The notes under the pieces are model-generated. The model was not told the origin of the DNA. It did not search any database and worked only from the letters and a program-made list of their open reading frames with translations. A stretch of 64,000 bases of DNA, from positions 67,491-131,490 of the forward strand of contig JBFWOO010000003.1 in the NCBI GenBank assembly GCA_050250415.1, given 5' to 3'. Positions 52,027-62,065 of this stretch are shown piece by piece. How positions within the stretch are numbered: position 1 is the first letter of the stretch; each line of letters starts with the position of its first letter. Source of the stretch: Dehalococcoidia bacterium (lineage in GTDB: Bacteria; Chloroflexota; Dehalococcoidia; UBA2979). A program made the translations under genes and the position numbers.

Positions 52027-52173
52027 ATGGCTGGACTGCTGATCCTGCTGTTGCTGCTCGCCCTGCTGTTTGGCGGGCTCGGCGTGGCGATGAGCCCGCT
52101 GTTCTTCATCCTGCTGGCCGTGGTGCTGGTGCTCGCGCTGGGAGGTGGCGTCTACGGACGCGGACGCTGGTGA
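52027..52173 (+). CDS. Tiny hydrophobic ORF (48 aa, two predicted TM helices)
   Basis: MAGLLILLLLLALLFGGLGVAMSPLFFILLAVVLVLALGGGVYGRGRW. It is below the ORF-track length cutoff and was found by reading the sequence. Confidence 0.3.
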   Translation: MAGLLILLLLLALLFGGLGVAMSPLFFILLAVVLVLALGGGVYGRGRW

Positions 52174-52344
52174 CGCGCAGCCGCCGCACATGCGAAAGGC
52201 GAGGCCGCGGCCTCGCCTTCTTCGTGCGCCTGGCATGGACGGATCGACGAGCCGCCACCGTCGCGAGCCCACGACGAGGGGGGCCGGGTTCGCCCGGCCC
52301 CCCTCGTCGTCGCCCTCAGCGAGGAGGGCGATCGTCGCGCGCCG

Positions 52345-52533
52345 CTACGGCGCGGATCCTCTGAACGCGCGCGCGGCCGCGGCCACCACGAGCAGCACGA
52401 GGAAGACGACGAACAGGATCTGAGCGATTCCGGCCGCCGCACCGGCGATGCCCCCGAAGCCGAGGAGCGCCGCGACGATGGCCAGCAGGAAGAAGAGCAG
52501 GGCCCATCCAAGCACGGTGTCCATCCTTTCCAT
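52345..52533 (-). CDS. DUF1328-like small membrane protein
   Basis: [50 protein letters not shown] matches the DUF1328 pattern. Confidence 0.6.
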   Translation of the reverse strand: MERMDTVLGWALLFFLLAIVAALLGFGGIAGAAAGIAQILFVVFLVLLVVAAAARAFRGSAP

Positions 52534-52735
52534 CCGAGGCGCCCGGCCACGGGCGGCCCCAAACGACGGACTGACTGTCGCCGGAGGGCAGTAACAAAGG
52601 CGTGCTCAGTGCGCGGGGTTCACCGCTGGATCCGTCGTCCGGCTGGAAGCTGACACCGCTCCACGGCCGCGGGACCCGCGCCGTGCGACGGTTTCGTCAC
52701 CTGCCCAGCAAGAGGAGTCCTCGGGCCAGAACCGG

Positions 52736-53764
52736 CTAGAACCCGCACCCCTCGAACTGGTTGGGGAGCGGCTCGATGCCGGCTGCCTGGATGCGGGCCT
52801 TGAACGCGGCAAGGTAGGGGTCGGCGTCCATGAACTCGTACTTCGCGATCAGGCCCGGGTCCTCCACCGGCACGGAGAAGACGTAGGCGGAGAAGGTCTC
52901 CGCGAAGTCCTCCTCCGGGTTGGTGGCGGCGTAGGAGCCGAGGAAGGACGGGTCCACCAGGCAGCGGTCGTAGGCAGCGTCGTCGTCCGGGTTCGTGGGG
53001 TCGATGTCCTCGATCCAGTCGCCCCAGAACTCCTCGATCCAGCGCGCGATGTAGGAGTCGTCGGCGTAGCAGCCCTCACCCTCGAAGTAGGTGAAGCACT
53101 GGCTCTCGTCGACGCCGCGGTCGAGCTGGTCCGGGACGCCGGTGAAGACATGGGTGAGCTCGTGCGCCATTGTCAGGGCGAGCTCGATGTCGTCGCGCTC
53201 GGCCTCGCCGAGGTTCACTGTCATCTGGAAGGCGACGCCGCCATCCGCGGTGCTCAGCGCCTCGACGTAGGCGAGCAGGTCGCTGGGGGCGTCGAAGCCG
53301 GCCAGGAGGATGAGCGGCTCGAGGTCAGCGGGTTCCGCGACGATCCGCAGCCATTCCCAGGCGCGCATCAGGCGGTCGTCCTCGCCGATGCACGACTGGC
53401 CGAGGACGCCGTCCACGACGAAGTGGCCGGAGGTGAAGCCGTCCGCGAAGTCCTCGCCGCCCCCGCTCGAGAGGAACTCCAGCGTGCAGTCGACGTCGTC
53501 GCGGGTGAGCGTCGCGTCGACGAGCGGGATCTCCTCGATCGGCGTCGTCGTCCCCTGGGTGGACTCGGTCGCGGTGGCGACCGTGGTCGCCGGAGGCTCG
53601 GTAGCGGTGGGCGTCGCCGAGGTGACAGCGGCGGCGCCGGTGGGCTCCTCGGTGGCCTGGCTGGAGCACCCGGCCAGCAGCAGCGCCAGCGTGAGCGCGA
53701 GGAGGCCGGCAACGCCGCGGGCGGGGAAGACCGCGCGAGACGCACGGAAGGACGATGGCTGCAC
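52736..53764 (-). CDS. Putative zinc metallopeptidase lipoprotein (HExxH)
   Basis: GTG start at 53764 with GAGAGG upstream. Signal peptide plus lipobox (LLLAGCSS), a Thr/Ala-rich linker, and an HELTH motif (LTMAHELTHVF). Confidence 0.65.
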   Translation of the reverse strand: MQPSSFRASRAVFPARGVAGLLALTLALLLAGCSSQATEEPTGAAAVTSATPTATEPPATTVATATESTQGTTTPIEEIPLVDATLTRDDVDCTLEFLSSGGGEDFADGFTSGHFVVDGVLGQSCIGEDDRLMRAWEWLRIVAEPADLEPLILLAGFDAPSDLLAYVEALSTADGGVAFQMTVNLGEAERDDIELALTMAHELTHVFTGVPDQLDRGVDESQCFTYFEGEGCYADDSYIARWIEEFWGDWIEDIDPTNPDDDAAYDRCLVDPSFLGSYAATNPEEDFAETFSAYVFSVPVEDPGLIAKYEFMDADPYLAAFKARIQAAGIEPLPNQFEGCGF

Positions 53765-54029
53765 GCTGGAACCTCTCACCGGGGACGGGTCGCTCCCCTG
53801 AGTATGCCGGAGGTTCCGCGCTCCGTCCCGCCGCCGTCCGTCAGGCACGGCGATCTCCATGAGCGGTGCTCCGAGCGTGACATTGGTCCCGGGCGGTCCT
53901 GACAACCGTCCCGACTTCTCCTCAAATCTACGCTTCCTTCGAGAGATTCAGAATCGTGGCCGCTGGTGCGATGCGTGCCTCGGGACGATGCTCAGCACGT
54001 CGGTATCCCGTATGTAGTTCGGAGTCTCC

Positions 54030-54500
54030 GTGAACCCCGCGTTCGACGACCAGGTCGGCTCCACGCGCACCCGTCCGGGTGGCGTGCACCTCGTCGAGAA
54101 CCGCCTTGTCCGGTTCGTGTGGGGCGTCATGGGCACGGTTTCGCTCGCGTTCGGACTCATCGGGGTCGTCGTGCCGGGCTGGCCAACAACGATCTTCCTG
54201 ATCATCGCGGCAGCCTGCTACGCGCGCTCCTCGCAGCGGATGTACGACCGGATCCTCGCGAACCCGGTCTTCGGCCCCCACGTGCGCCGGTTCCGCGAGA
54301 CGGGCGGCATGCCGATGCGCGCGAAGGTGGTCGCACTCTCCGTGATGTGGCCGTTCGTCCTCTTCTCGGTGACAGTCGCCATCCCGTGGTCGATGCACTG
54401 GGCGCAGGCGCTGGTCCTCACGGTCGCGCTCGTTGGGACGGCGTACATCATCAGCCGGCCGACGGATCGCCCTACCGAGCGGGCCGCCCGCTCGGCCTAG
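54030..54500 (+). CDS. DUF454/YbaN-family inner-membrane protein
   Basis: …RFVWGVMGTVSLAFGLIGVVVPGWPTTIFLIIAAACYARSS… is the typical YbaN pattern. Confidence 0.7.
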   Translation: MNPAFDDQVGSTRTRPGGVHLVENRLVRFVWGVMGTVSLAFGLIGVVVPGWPTTIFLIIAAACYARSSQRMYDRILANPVFGPHVRRFRETGGMPMRAKVVALSVMWPFVLFSVTVAIPWSMHWAQALVLTVALVGTAYIISRPTDRPTERAARSA

Positions 54501-54590
54501 CTCCCTCATCGAAGCACCGCAGACGCGAAGGAGGCCCGCCACTCGGCGGGCCTCCTCGTGCGTGGCGCTCGCGCGTCACGTCCGGCCGGG

Positions 54591-55235
54591 CTACTCGACC
54601 GTGAACTCGCCGAACATGCCCGCGACGAAGTGCGGCGCACCGCCTTCGACCTGCGGCTGCTGGCCACCCGAGGCGGCCGCCGCCTCGAGGTAGGCCTGCG
54701 GGTCGGCGCCGGTCGGGATGGCGCAGATCACGATGTAGCGGCCGGCCTCGGTGACGGTGCCGTCGCCCACGGCGGGGATGTTCGCGTCCGCGCCCGTGCC
54801 CGGGGCGGCGAGGATCACCGCGGCGGGCTCACCGCCGAAGAGCGCAGCGAGCTCCTCCTCCGGCAGCGCGAGGAGCTCCTCGGCGGAGCGGGTCTCGGCT
54901 GCGGGGACGAGGATGGCGACGAACTCGTGGAGCTCGGCCTCGGAGGAGTTCACCAGGGTGAACTTCGTGCCGGCCTTGACCGTCTCCGGCAGCCCCTCGT
55001 AGCCGTAGTCGATCGCCGTGACCTCCACGATCTCGGCGGCGGCTTCCGTCGCCGCCTCGGTCGCGGTCGCCTCGGTGGTGGCCTCCGTGGTCGCGGTGGC
55101 CTCGCCCGTGGCAGTCGCCTCGGCGGAGGCCGTGGCCTCCTCGGAGCTGGCGTCACCCTCCTCGTCGCTACAGGCGACGAGCAGCGCGCCCGTGACGGCG
55201 AGCGGAATCAGGGCCGCGCGCCCCCAGCGGAACAT
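54591..55235 (-). CDS. Hypothetical lipoprotein (Thr/Ala/Glu-rich linker)
   Basis: ATG at 55235. Signal peptide plus lipobox (LLVACSD). Confidence 0.55.
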   Translation of the reverse strand: MFRWGRAALIPLAVTGALLVACSDEEGDASSEEATASAEATATGEATATTEATTEATATEAATEAAAEIVEVTAIDYGYEGLPETVKAGTKFTLVNSSEAELHEFVAILVPAAETRSAEELLALPEEELAALFGGEPAAVILAAPGTGADANIPAVGDGTVTEAGRYIVICAIPTGADPQAYLEAAAASGGQQPQVEGGAPHFVAGMFGEFTVE

Positions 55236-55527
55236 TCGAACGTCCAATGCATACCTCCCGGGCCGTTGGCCCGCTCTGGCCTCGGAGCGCGCTCCGCCTG
55301 GTTCAGCGTCGAACCGAAGCCAACCCTCTGGATGACGCGGAAGCTTCCCCGTCAGGAACCTTGCGCGCAAGTTACGAAAGCATCACGTGTGCAATCCGCC
55401 GGCAGACCGGCGAGTCCGTCGGTTCACCATCGGATCACAGGTGAGGTTGCCCGGAGCGGAGCCGGGTTCGGATAATCGTTGCTCTGACACCACATCCCGC
55501 TGGGCGGGAGCACCACACGGAGGTCGC

Positions 55528-56352
55528 GTGGGACGAAATCGAAGACAGGATCGCCTGCGCAACCGTCGCGAGCGCGGCGCCCAGGATGGCGCTCCGTCGC
55601 CGTCCCCGGCCTCGCGGTCGGGCGGGGGCGCTCTGAGCAGCAAGCCGAAGCCGCAGTGGCGCGAGACGATCGACTCGTGGGGAGGCTTCACGGTCATCGG
55701 CGCGATCGCTGCCGCGATCGTGATCGCGGGCCTGCTGGTCTTCCTCAACCGCCCGGGCGCCAGCGCGGGCGATGGTGAGTTCGTGGCGCGTGAGCACGAG
55801 GCGCCGGTCAACGGGACCACCATTGGTAACCCGGACGCGCCCGTCCGGATCATCGAGTACGGCGACTACCAGTGCCCCTTCTGCAAGGCGTTCTGGGAGG
55901 ACATCGAGCCCACCCTGCTCGAGGAGTACGTCGAGACGGGGCTCGCGACGTTCGAGTTCCGGAACTACGCGTTCATCGGGCCGGAGTCGCAGCAGGCAGC
56001 CGAGGCCGCCCTGTGCGCCGCCGACCAGGATCACTTCTGGGAGTTCCACGACCTGCTCTACCTGCGCCAGGGCCGGGAGAACTCCGGCGTGTTCTCCGAC
56101 TCCAACCTGAAGTCGTACGCGCGGGAGATCGCGGACGGCGTGGAGGGCTTCGACTTCAACACGTGGGAGTCGTGCTTCGACGCCGATACGTACGAGGCGC
56201 AGGTGACGGAGGAGAACCGCACGGCGACGAACTCCGGCATCGGCTCCACGCCGACGGTGCTCATCAACGGCGAGGCGATCCCGGGCGTCCAGAGCATCGA
56301 GGTCTACCGCAACGCGATCGACGAGCTGCTCCCCGAGGGCGCCGGCAGCTAG
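55528..56352 (+). CDS. DsbA-family thiol:disulfide oxidoreductase (membrane-anchored)
   Basis: TM anchor followed by a thioredoxin fold with a CPFC active site (IIEYGDYQCPFCKAFW). GTG start after GGAGG. Confidence 0.8.
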   Translation: MGRNRRQDRLRNRRERGAQDGAPSPSPASRSGGGALSSKPKPQWRETIDSWGGFTVIGAIAAAIVIAGLLVFLNRPGASAGDGEFVAREHEAPVNGTTIGNPDAPVRIIEYGDYQCPFCKAFWEDIEPTLLEEYVETGLATFEFRNYAFIGPESQQAAEAALCAADQDHFWEFHDLLYLRQGRENSGVFSDSNLKSYAREIADGVEGFDFNTWESCFDADTYEAQVTEENRTATNSGIGSTPTVLINGEAIPGVQSIEVYRNAIDELLPEGAGS

Positions 56353-56427
56353 CGCGCGTCGAGGACGACCGGAAGCAGAACGGCCCCGCGTGAGCGGGGC
56401 CGTTCCGTGTCTGTGACCGGAGGGAGT

Positions 56428-56763
56428 TTACTCCTCGTCCTCGTCCTCGTCCTCGACCGCAGCGGGGTCGTAGGAGTAGGCGAGGAGACGCGTACCGCGC
56501 TCCACGAAGAGGACCAGGTGGCCGGCGGCGTCCTCCGCCTTCACCCAGTCCGGGAGCTCGGCGCCGTAGCCGCGGACGAGGTAGGTCTGGCCGACGAAGG
56601 CGAACTTCTTGCCGTCCACCACCACGTAGAACGGGGGCGGGGCGGGCTGCTCGTTCCAGTCGACGGCGAACGCGTCCACGTCGTCCGCGGTGAGGACGTA
56701 GAAGTCGTCGAACGTCAGCTCGACGGACGTCTCGTGGGCCATCTCCGGAGCTTCGGTGGTCAT
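56428..56763 (-). CDS. Hypothetical acidic protein
   Basis: GC3-biased 111-aa ORF ending in DEDEDEE. Start taken at the internal ATG. Confidence 0.45.
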   Translation of the reverse strand: MTTEAPEMAHETSVELTFDDFYVLTADDVDAFAVDWNEQPAPPPFYVVVDGKKFAFVGQTYLVRGYGAELPDWVKAEDAAGHLVLFVERGTRLLAYSYDPAAVEDEDEDEE

Positions 56764-56900
56764 GGGTACCCGTCCTCGGTGCTCGCTGCGTGCGCGCTCC
56801 TCCGCGGAGCGTCGGGGCGATGATACCCGGGCGCTCGGCGTGCGGGCCAGAGGCGTCCGCTCCGTTGTAAATCGCAACGCACGAGGACTACGCTGGGCTC

Positions 56901-57401
56901 ATGGCGAAGTCCCTGGCCGACCTCCACTGCTCCGTGGCGCGCACGCTGGACGTGGTTGGCGAGCGCTGGACGATGCTCGTCCTGCGCGACGCCTTCAACG
57001 GGCTGAGCCGCTTCGAGGAGTTCGCGGAGAGCCTGCCGATCGCGCGAAACATCCTCGCGGCGCGCCTCAAGACGCTGGTGGACCACGGGGTGCTCGCGCG
57101 GGAGCAGTACCAGGCGCACCCGCCCCGGTACGAGTACCACCTGACGCCAAAGGGCGCGGACCTCTACCCGGTGCTCATCGGGCTGTTCAACTGGGGTGAT
57201 GCCTACCTCGCCGGCGAGGATGGCGCGCCTCTGGAGCTCGCGCACCACGCCTGCGAGTCGGACGCGCCGCGGCCGGAGTCGGTCGTGGTCTGCGGCGGAT
57301 GCGGCGAGCCGCTGCACCCGCGCGACGTCCGCCGCGCTGGCCGTCCCGCCGGCCGATCCACTGGCCGACCGGCGCCTCGAGGGGCGAGCGGCGCGCGCTA
57401 G
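56901..57401 (+). CDS. HxlR-family transcriptional regulator
   Basis: …CSVARTLDVVGERWTMLVLRDAFNGLSRFEEFAESLPIARNILAARLKTLVDHGVL… is the HxlR wHTH pattern. Confidence 0.8.
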   Translation: MAKSLADLHCSVARTLDVVGERWTMLVLRDAFNGLSRFEEFAESLPIARNILAARLKTLVDHGVLAREQYQAHPPRYEYHLTPKGADLYPVLIGLFNWGDAYLAGEDGAPLELAHHACESDAPRPESVVVCGGCGEPLHPRDVRRAGRPAGRSTGRPAPRGASGAR

Positions 57402-57997
57402 TCCTCGAACACGCCGGGGTGGCGCTCGAAGAGGCGCTCGCGGATCGCCGCGATGCGGTCGTGCGCCTGGGCGAGCGCGCCGGAGAGCATCACGATCGCC
57501 GTCTCGTGGTTGTCCTTGTAGTAGTCCTTGAGCTCGCCGGCCTTCCGGAACCCGAACGCCTCGTACATCGCGCGGGCGCGGTCGTTGGAGGCGCGCACCT
57601 CGAGGACGATCTCGTTCAGCTCCGCCTCCATCGCGAGGTCGAAGACCTCGAGGAGGAGTCGTTGGCCGATGCCGCGGCCCTGCTGCGCCGGGTCGACGGC
57701 GATGGTCACGAGGTGGAGCTGGTCGACCATGTACCAGACCCCCATGAACCCGACGATGCGCTCGTGGGTGCCGCCGAACATCGCGCGGCGGAGGGCGGTC
57801 AGCGGGCCGGCCGGCGGCGGGTCAGTGCTCTCCTCGATGGCGACCACGTAGTGCGCGAAGCCGTTGGCGAGCTCCTGCTCGAAGAGCCGGGCGGGCCACG
57901 CGTCCTGGTAGGCGGCGCTCTCGATGCGCTTCACCGCAGCGACGTCGTCGCGAGTCATGTCGCGCAGCGAGATCCGCGCGGCGGCGGTCGTGTCCAT
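57398..57997 (-). CDS. GNAT-family N-acetyltransferase (RimI-like)
   Basis: …VDPAQQGRGIGQRLL…AMYEAFGF… acetyl-CoA-binding motifs. Confidence 0.8.
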   Translation of the reverse strand: MDTTAAARISLRDMTRDDVAAVKRIESAAYQDAWPARLFEQELANGFAHYVVAIEESTDPPPAGPLTALRRAMFGGTHERIVGFMGVWYMVDQLHLVTIAVDPAQQGRGIGQRLLLEVFDLAMEAELNEIVLEVRASNDRARAMYEAFGFRKAGELKDYYKDNHETAIVMLSGALAQAHDRIAAIRERLFERHPGVFED

Positions 57998-58095
57998 CTC
58001 CCCGGCAGTCTACTCGCCGGGCGGTCGCGCGGACCGGTCGCACCGGTCGGGATCGGCTCAGGCGTTCGCCGTGCTCGCCCTAGGCGGGCGCGGCG

Positions 58096-58350
58096 CTAGT
58101 CGTCGCGGGTCTGCTCCGCCTCGGGCGTGGCGCCCTCGGGAAGCGGTCGCTGCAGGATGTAGTAGGCCGTCTCGGGCCGGGCGAGATGCTGGATCCCGGA
58201 GACGGACCACCCGTCCTTGCCCAGTGCCGTGAGGTACCGGGCGAGGAACGACGTGCGATGCTCACCGCTCTTGCGGATGAACTCGACGCCGTCACGACTG
58301 ATGCGGCCACGCGTGTCCACGTAGGCCACCGAATACTCCAACTGGTCCAT
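58096..58350 (-). CDS. DUF4177-like small protein
   Basis: MDQLEYSVAYVD…LTALGKDGWSVSGI…AYYILQRPL fits the DUF4177 pattern (xEYkvv…LG.eGWelv…yy.kRp). Confidence 0.5.
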   Translation of the reverse strand: MDQLEYSVAYVDTRGRISRDGVEFIRKSGEHRTSFLARYLTALGKDGWSVSGIQHLARPETAYYILQRPLPEGATPEAEQTRDD

Positions 58351-58728
58351 GGCTAACCTCCACTGTCGAGGAGTAGCTGGACGCCTGGCTGATCCGCCGC
58401 CCGCCCTCGGTGCGTCCGGCCTCGGTCGGCCCGCGGTCCGTCTTGTCGAACCGGCGCGGGCCGGCAGTCACCGGCAGCACGATCCACCCGCGGGTGGCGA
58501 GGATGAATGCGGCCCGCCCGCTCGGAGGTCCTCGGCCTCGCCGGGGCGGCGACCGGTGCGACCGGCCGTATCCAGTGTGCCACCGTTTGGGCGGCGTGGA
58601 CGTCTCCCACGGGGAGGATTCCCCACGCCCGCCTCGAGGTGCGACAGGCACGGGTCGACAGTGATACGAACATACGTTCTACTCAGGCCAGCGACTGACT
58701 CATCGGGCGCGATTGGGGGAGCGTCGAG

Positions 58729-59259
58729 ATGGTGGATGTGAACGAGCTGGAGCTGGAGGCGCTGGAAGCGAGCGCCCTCGAGGTCGAAGACCCCGAGCCG
58801 GAGCCGGTGGACGGGTTCGCGGAGGACGACTTCGTGACCGACGACGGCGACACACTGCCGGACGAGGTGCAGGCGGAGCTGGAGGCGCTCGCCTCCGCGG
58901 AGTTCGACGACGGGAGCGCGGCGCTGGAGTCCGCCCTGGCCGAGGCCCAGCGCGAGCTGGCACGCCAGCGCACGCTGACCCGCCAGGCCGTCGCCCGGTT
59001 CCGCGACGCCCTGCTCGCCGCCGAGCCGGACCTGCCGCCGGACCTGGTGCGGGGCGACACGCTGGAGGAGGTGGAGGCCGCCGCTGCCTCGGCGCGGCAG
59101 GCGGTGCAGCGCATCCGTGAGCGCGTGGCGACGGAGCGTCCTCGCGGGTTCCCCGTCGGCGCCCCGGCGCGGTCATCGGAGCGCGGCCACGCGCGGGGCC
59201 GGGAGGGGCTCAGCGCCCACGAGAAGATCGCGGCCGGGCTGCAGGAACGCCTGATCTAG
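58729..59259 (+). CDS. Hypothetical acidic protein
   Basis: GC3-biased 176-aa ORF with a highly acidic N-terminus (MVDVNELELEALEASALEVEDPEPEP…). Confidence 0.4.
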   Translation: MVDVNELELEALEASALEVEDPEPEPVDGFAEDDFVTDDGDTLPDEVQAELEALASAEFDDGSAALESALAEAQRELARQRTLTRQAVARFRDALLAAEPDLPPDLVRGDTLEEVEAAAASARQAVQRIRERVATERPRGFPVGAPARSSERGHARGREGLSAHEKIAAGLQERLI

Positions 59260-59413
59260 GCCACACCTGCCGGCGGACGGGGCGCAGCGCCCCGCGCCCT
59301 GGAGGATCGCCCTCGTGGCGACACCGGGTGCGGGGCGCTCCTCGTTGGCCCCTTACCCGAGGCCGCCTACCCGAGCGGCCCCTTACGCGAGCGGCCGCGC
59401 ATCGCGACTCGCT

Positions 59414-59749
59414 TCATGCCTCGGGCCGAGCGACCTTCCAGTAGGCGGAGCCATCCCGCTTCCGGGCGAGGACGCCGAGGTCGACCAGCTCCCGACGGAT
59501 GCGGGCCGGGTCGTTGAAGGCGTGGAGTCCGTCGAGCAGCCGTCCCAGTTCGACCTCGTTCCAGGTGACGCCGTCCTCGATCTGCGCGGCGATGTGGTCG
59601 AGCACGATCAGCTGCTGAGCGCGTCGCACGGGCCAGCGCGTCACGCGGCCACGGTCGTCGAGCAGCCGTTCGAGGATCCTCGAACGCTTGCGAAGCGCGA
59701 GGAGCGGGTCGGGCGGTGCGGCGTCGTCCATGCGTCCAGTGTCGGGCAT
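59414..59749 (-). CDS. DUF2087 domain protein
   Basis: …ILERLLDDRGRVTRWPVRRAQQLIVLDHIAAQIE…EVELGRLLDGLHAFNDPARIRRELVDLGVLARKRDGSAYW… matches the DUF2087 pattern. ATG at 59749. Confidence 0.65.
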   Translation of the reverse strand: MPDTGRMDDAAPPDPLLALRKRSRILERLLDDRGRVTRWPVRRAQQLIVLDHIAAQIEDGVTWNEVELGRLLDGLHAFNDPARIRRELVDLGVLARKRDGSAYWKVARPEA

Positions 59750-59928
59750 GGCGCACGTCAGAACTCGGCCAGTTTGATCTCTGTGCGCGGAGGTGCGAAT
59801 CCAGTAGCTTGTCGGCGCATGGCTCAGCTCGTCCGAGCATTTGGCAGCGGCGGCAGCACGACGAAGAACCCCTGAGGCAGCGCGGGCGGCATCCGTGATG
59901 ACCTCGACGTGCCGAAAGAGGCGCGACG

Positions 59929-60906
59929 ATGAAGCAGCGTGAGCGCATCCACCGAACGGCGGCGTCAACGAAGCCCGGCGCGCCGAACCCGACGAACGGC
60001 GCGTCGAGGGCAGCGGGTGGGGAGAGCGCGCCCGGGACGCAACGCGTCATGGCCTTCCAGCGCACCGCCGGCAACCACGTCACCAGGACGGCGGTGCAGC
60101 GGCAGTACGGCATGAAGCCACAGATGGCGGCCATGCTCGGGAGCAAGGCCACCCAGCAGGCGCAACAAGCCCAGGCAGAGCAGGCCGAGCGCGAGGACGC
60201 CGAGAAGAAGAAGAAGGCCGAGGAGTTCAACGCGGCCAGGGCGACGATCCAGACGGATCCGCGCTACCAGCAGATGCAGGCCGACGCGAGCTCCTACTCC
60301 GCGAAGTTCATCGACGTCCTGTCCAGCGCGCTCAAGGGCGCGATGGCGTCCGCGTGGGAAGAGGGCGACAAGGCCCAGGGCTACGAGGGCGACAGCGCCG
60401 GCATCTTCGCCGGACCGAGCGCCGGACTCGACGCGTACATGGAGGGGAACGACGAGGCGTACAACTTCGCCGTGGAGATGGGCAGCGCGCACCGCGAGAA
60501 GCAGGAAGAGCAGGAGGGCCAGATGGCCCTCGACATGGCGAGCAAGATCCTGCCCAGTGGTGGGGGGATGATCGCCAGCGCCGTGAAGACGGGCGGCAAG
60601 GCCCTCGCCGGGCAGGCGATCAAGGCGAAGCAGGCTACGGAGACGATCAAGGTCAACAAGGTGCTGGTGCGGTACCTCCTCGGCACGCCCGCGCAGGCGC
60701 CCAGCGGACCGCTGCAGGAGAAGTACGAGGCGGCGCGCCTGACGGTCGCCTCCAAGTTTGGCAGACACCTGGCCGAGTTCGCGGCGATCGAGGGGATCGA
60801 TTCCGAGACGCTGCCGGACTTCAAGTTCGCGACCACGGAGCTGCAGACCGAGACCACCGACGACGACGTCGACTGGGACGCGGTCCCGACGCGCGGGCGG
60901 AGCTGA
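59929..60906 (+). CDS. Hypothetical K/E/Q-rich protein with an N-terminal QRTAGN motif
   Basis: 325 aa. AFQRTAGNHVTRTAVQRQ is followed by a charged coiled-coil-like region (…EQAEREDAEKKKKAEEF…). GC3 remains high, so it does not look foreign. No HExxH. Confidence 0.55.
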   Translation: MKQRERIHRTAASTKPGAPNPTNGASRAAGGESAPGTQRVMAFQRTAGNHVTRTAVQRQYGMKPQMAAMLGSKATQQAQQAQAEQAEREDAEKKKKAEEFNAARATIQTDPRYQQMQADASSYSAKFIDVLSSALKGAMASAWEEGDKAQGYEGDSAGIFAGPSAGLDAYMEGNDEAYNFAVEMGSAHREKQEEQEGQMALDMASKILPSGGGMIASAVKTGGKALAGQAIKAKQATETIKVNKVLVRYLLGTPAQAPSGPLQEKYEAARLTVASKFGRHLAEFAAIEGIDSETLPDFKFATTELQTETTDDDVDWDAVPTRGRS

Positions 60907-61174
60907 CTCGGGGCGCCCTGCCCGCATGAGGCGAGACCGGCGTCGCTCGGGCGCTCGCCGGGCTCACCGTCGACGGGCTCTTCGACAGGCTCCCGCCGCT
61001 GGCAGGCTGCCCCGCGTGACAGGCTCAGCGTGAGCGCGGTGGTGCCCTTCCCGGGCTCCCTGCTCCCGTCCTGGGGGAGGAGGGAGCGTCACGATCGCCA
61101 GGGCGTCGCCCCCCGTGTATCGCAGGGCGTCGCCCCCCGTGTCGAGCCTCGCTCCTGGACCCGCTCCTGGTGGT

Positions 61175-61600
61175 CTACTGCCTGAGCTTGAGGGTGACGT
61201 TGGCGCTCAGGAGGCTCCCGAGGCCGGCGCACATCGGTCCGCCACAGGCGCCGATCTCGATCTCCTCGCGGTGATCGAGGAGCTTCGCGTCCGTGACCTC
61301 GATGTCGACCTCTGTGTGGATGTGCGTGACCTGGCGCGGGAACTCCTGCATCGTCGCCTCGACGTTCGCGACGGCCTTCGTGACCTCGGCGTCGGCGAGG
61401 CGGCCGTTGTTCAGTAGCCAGCCGAGCGTGCAGTTGCCGACGGCGATCATCAGCAGGTCGACCGATGTGAAGTCGACCGGGCCGCTGCCGTCCTCGGCGG
61501 GGACGCGGACGTTGGTGAAGGTGCGGGGAGCGCCGTTCTCGCGGGCCACGTCGAAGCGGATCTCGTGGCGGTCAACGAACTCGGCGGTCAGCTTCGGCAT
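61175..61600 (-). CDS. OsmC/Ohr-family peroxiredoxin-like protein
   Basis: …MIAVGNCTLGWLL… and …IEIGACGGPMCAGLG… carry the two conserved OsmC cysteines. ATG at 61600. Confidence 0.85.
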   Translation of the reverse strand: MPKLTAEFVDRHEIRFDVARENGAPRTFTNVRVPAEDGSGPVDFTSVDLLMIAVGNCTLGWLLNNGRLADAEVTKAVANVEATMQEFPRQVTHIHTEVDIEVTDAKLLDHREEIEIGACGGPMCAGLGSLLSANVTLKLRQ

Positions 61601-61766
61601 CGGAACCCCCTTGCGACGCCCGCGCCCTGGCTTCGCGGTGCGAAGCGCCAGGAGGGTCACGAGCGGCGCGGCGAGTGTACGCCGAGAACTGACAGCTCCG
61701 GAGCGGAAGCAAGCCTGCGGAAGCGACGCTGTTTGACGAGGATCACGGCGCGGAGGGAACACGGAC

Positions 61767-62012
61767 GTGGTCGAGGTCTTCGTTGGCCTGGGAATCGGTG
61801 GTCTGCTCGCCTACGTGCTGTCGGGCCCGTCCGTGCCGCGCGCGAAGAATCCGGCGAAGTCGACGAAGGCCACCAAGGCGACGAAGGCCCCCGCCGCCCG
61901 GTCCTCGAGGCCGGCGCCCCCGGCCGCCCCGCGCCCCGCACTCGCGGCAGCGGCGCCCGCTGAGCAACCATCACCGAGGAAGTCGACGCAGACCGTCCGG
62001 AAGTTCAAGTAA
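61767..62012 (+). CDS. Small hypothetical protein (N-terminal TM helix, K/A/P-rich tail)
   Basis: 81-aa ORF with a GTG start. Weak support. Confidence 0.3.
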   Translation: MVEVFVGLGIGGLLAYVLSGPSVPRAKNPAKSTKATKATKAPAARSSRPAPPAAPRPALAAAAPAEQPSPRKSTQTVRKFK

Positions 62013-62065
62013 GACGGCGCCCGCGCGGGCGCCGTCTTCGTTCGCCTGCAGGCGGCGGCGCCTCG

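Noticed and set aside
59367-60230. 287-aa minus-strand ORF and other long ORFs antisense to 59929-60906
   Set aside because: They are antisense or overlapping frames with Arg/Ala-rich translation. The + strand gene and the DUF2087 gene account for the region.
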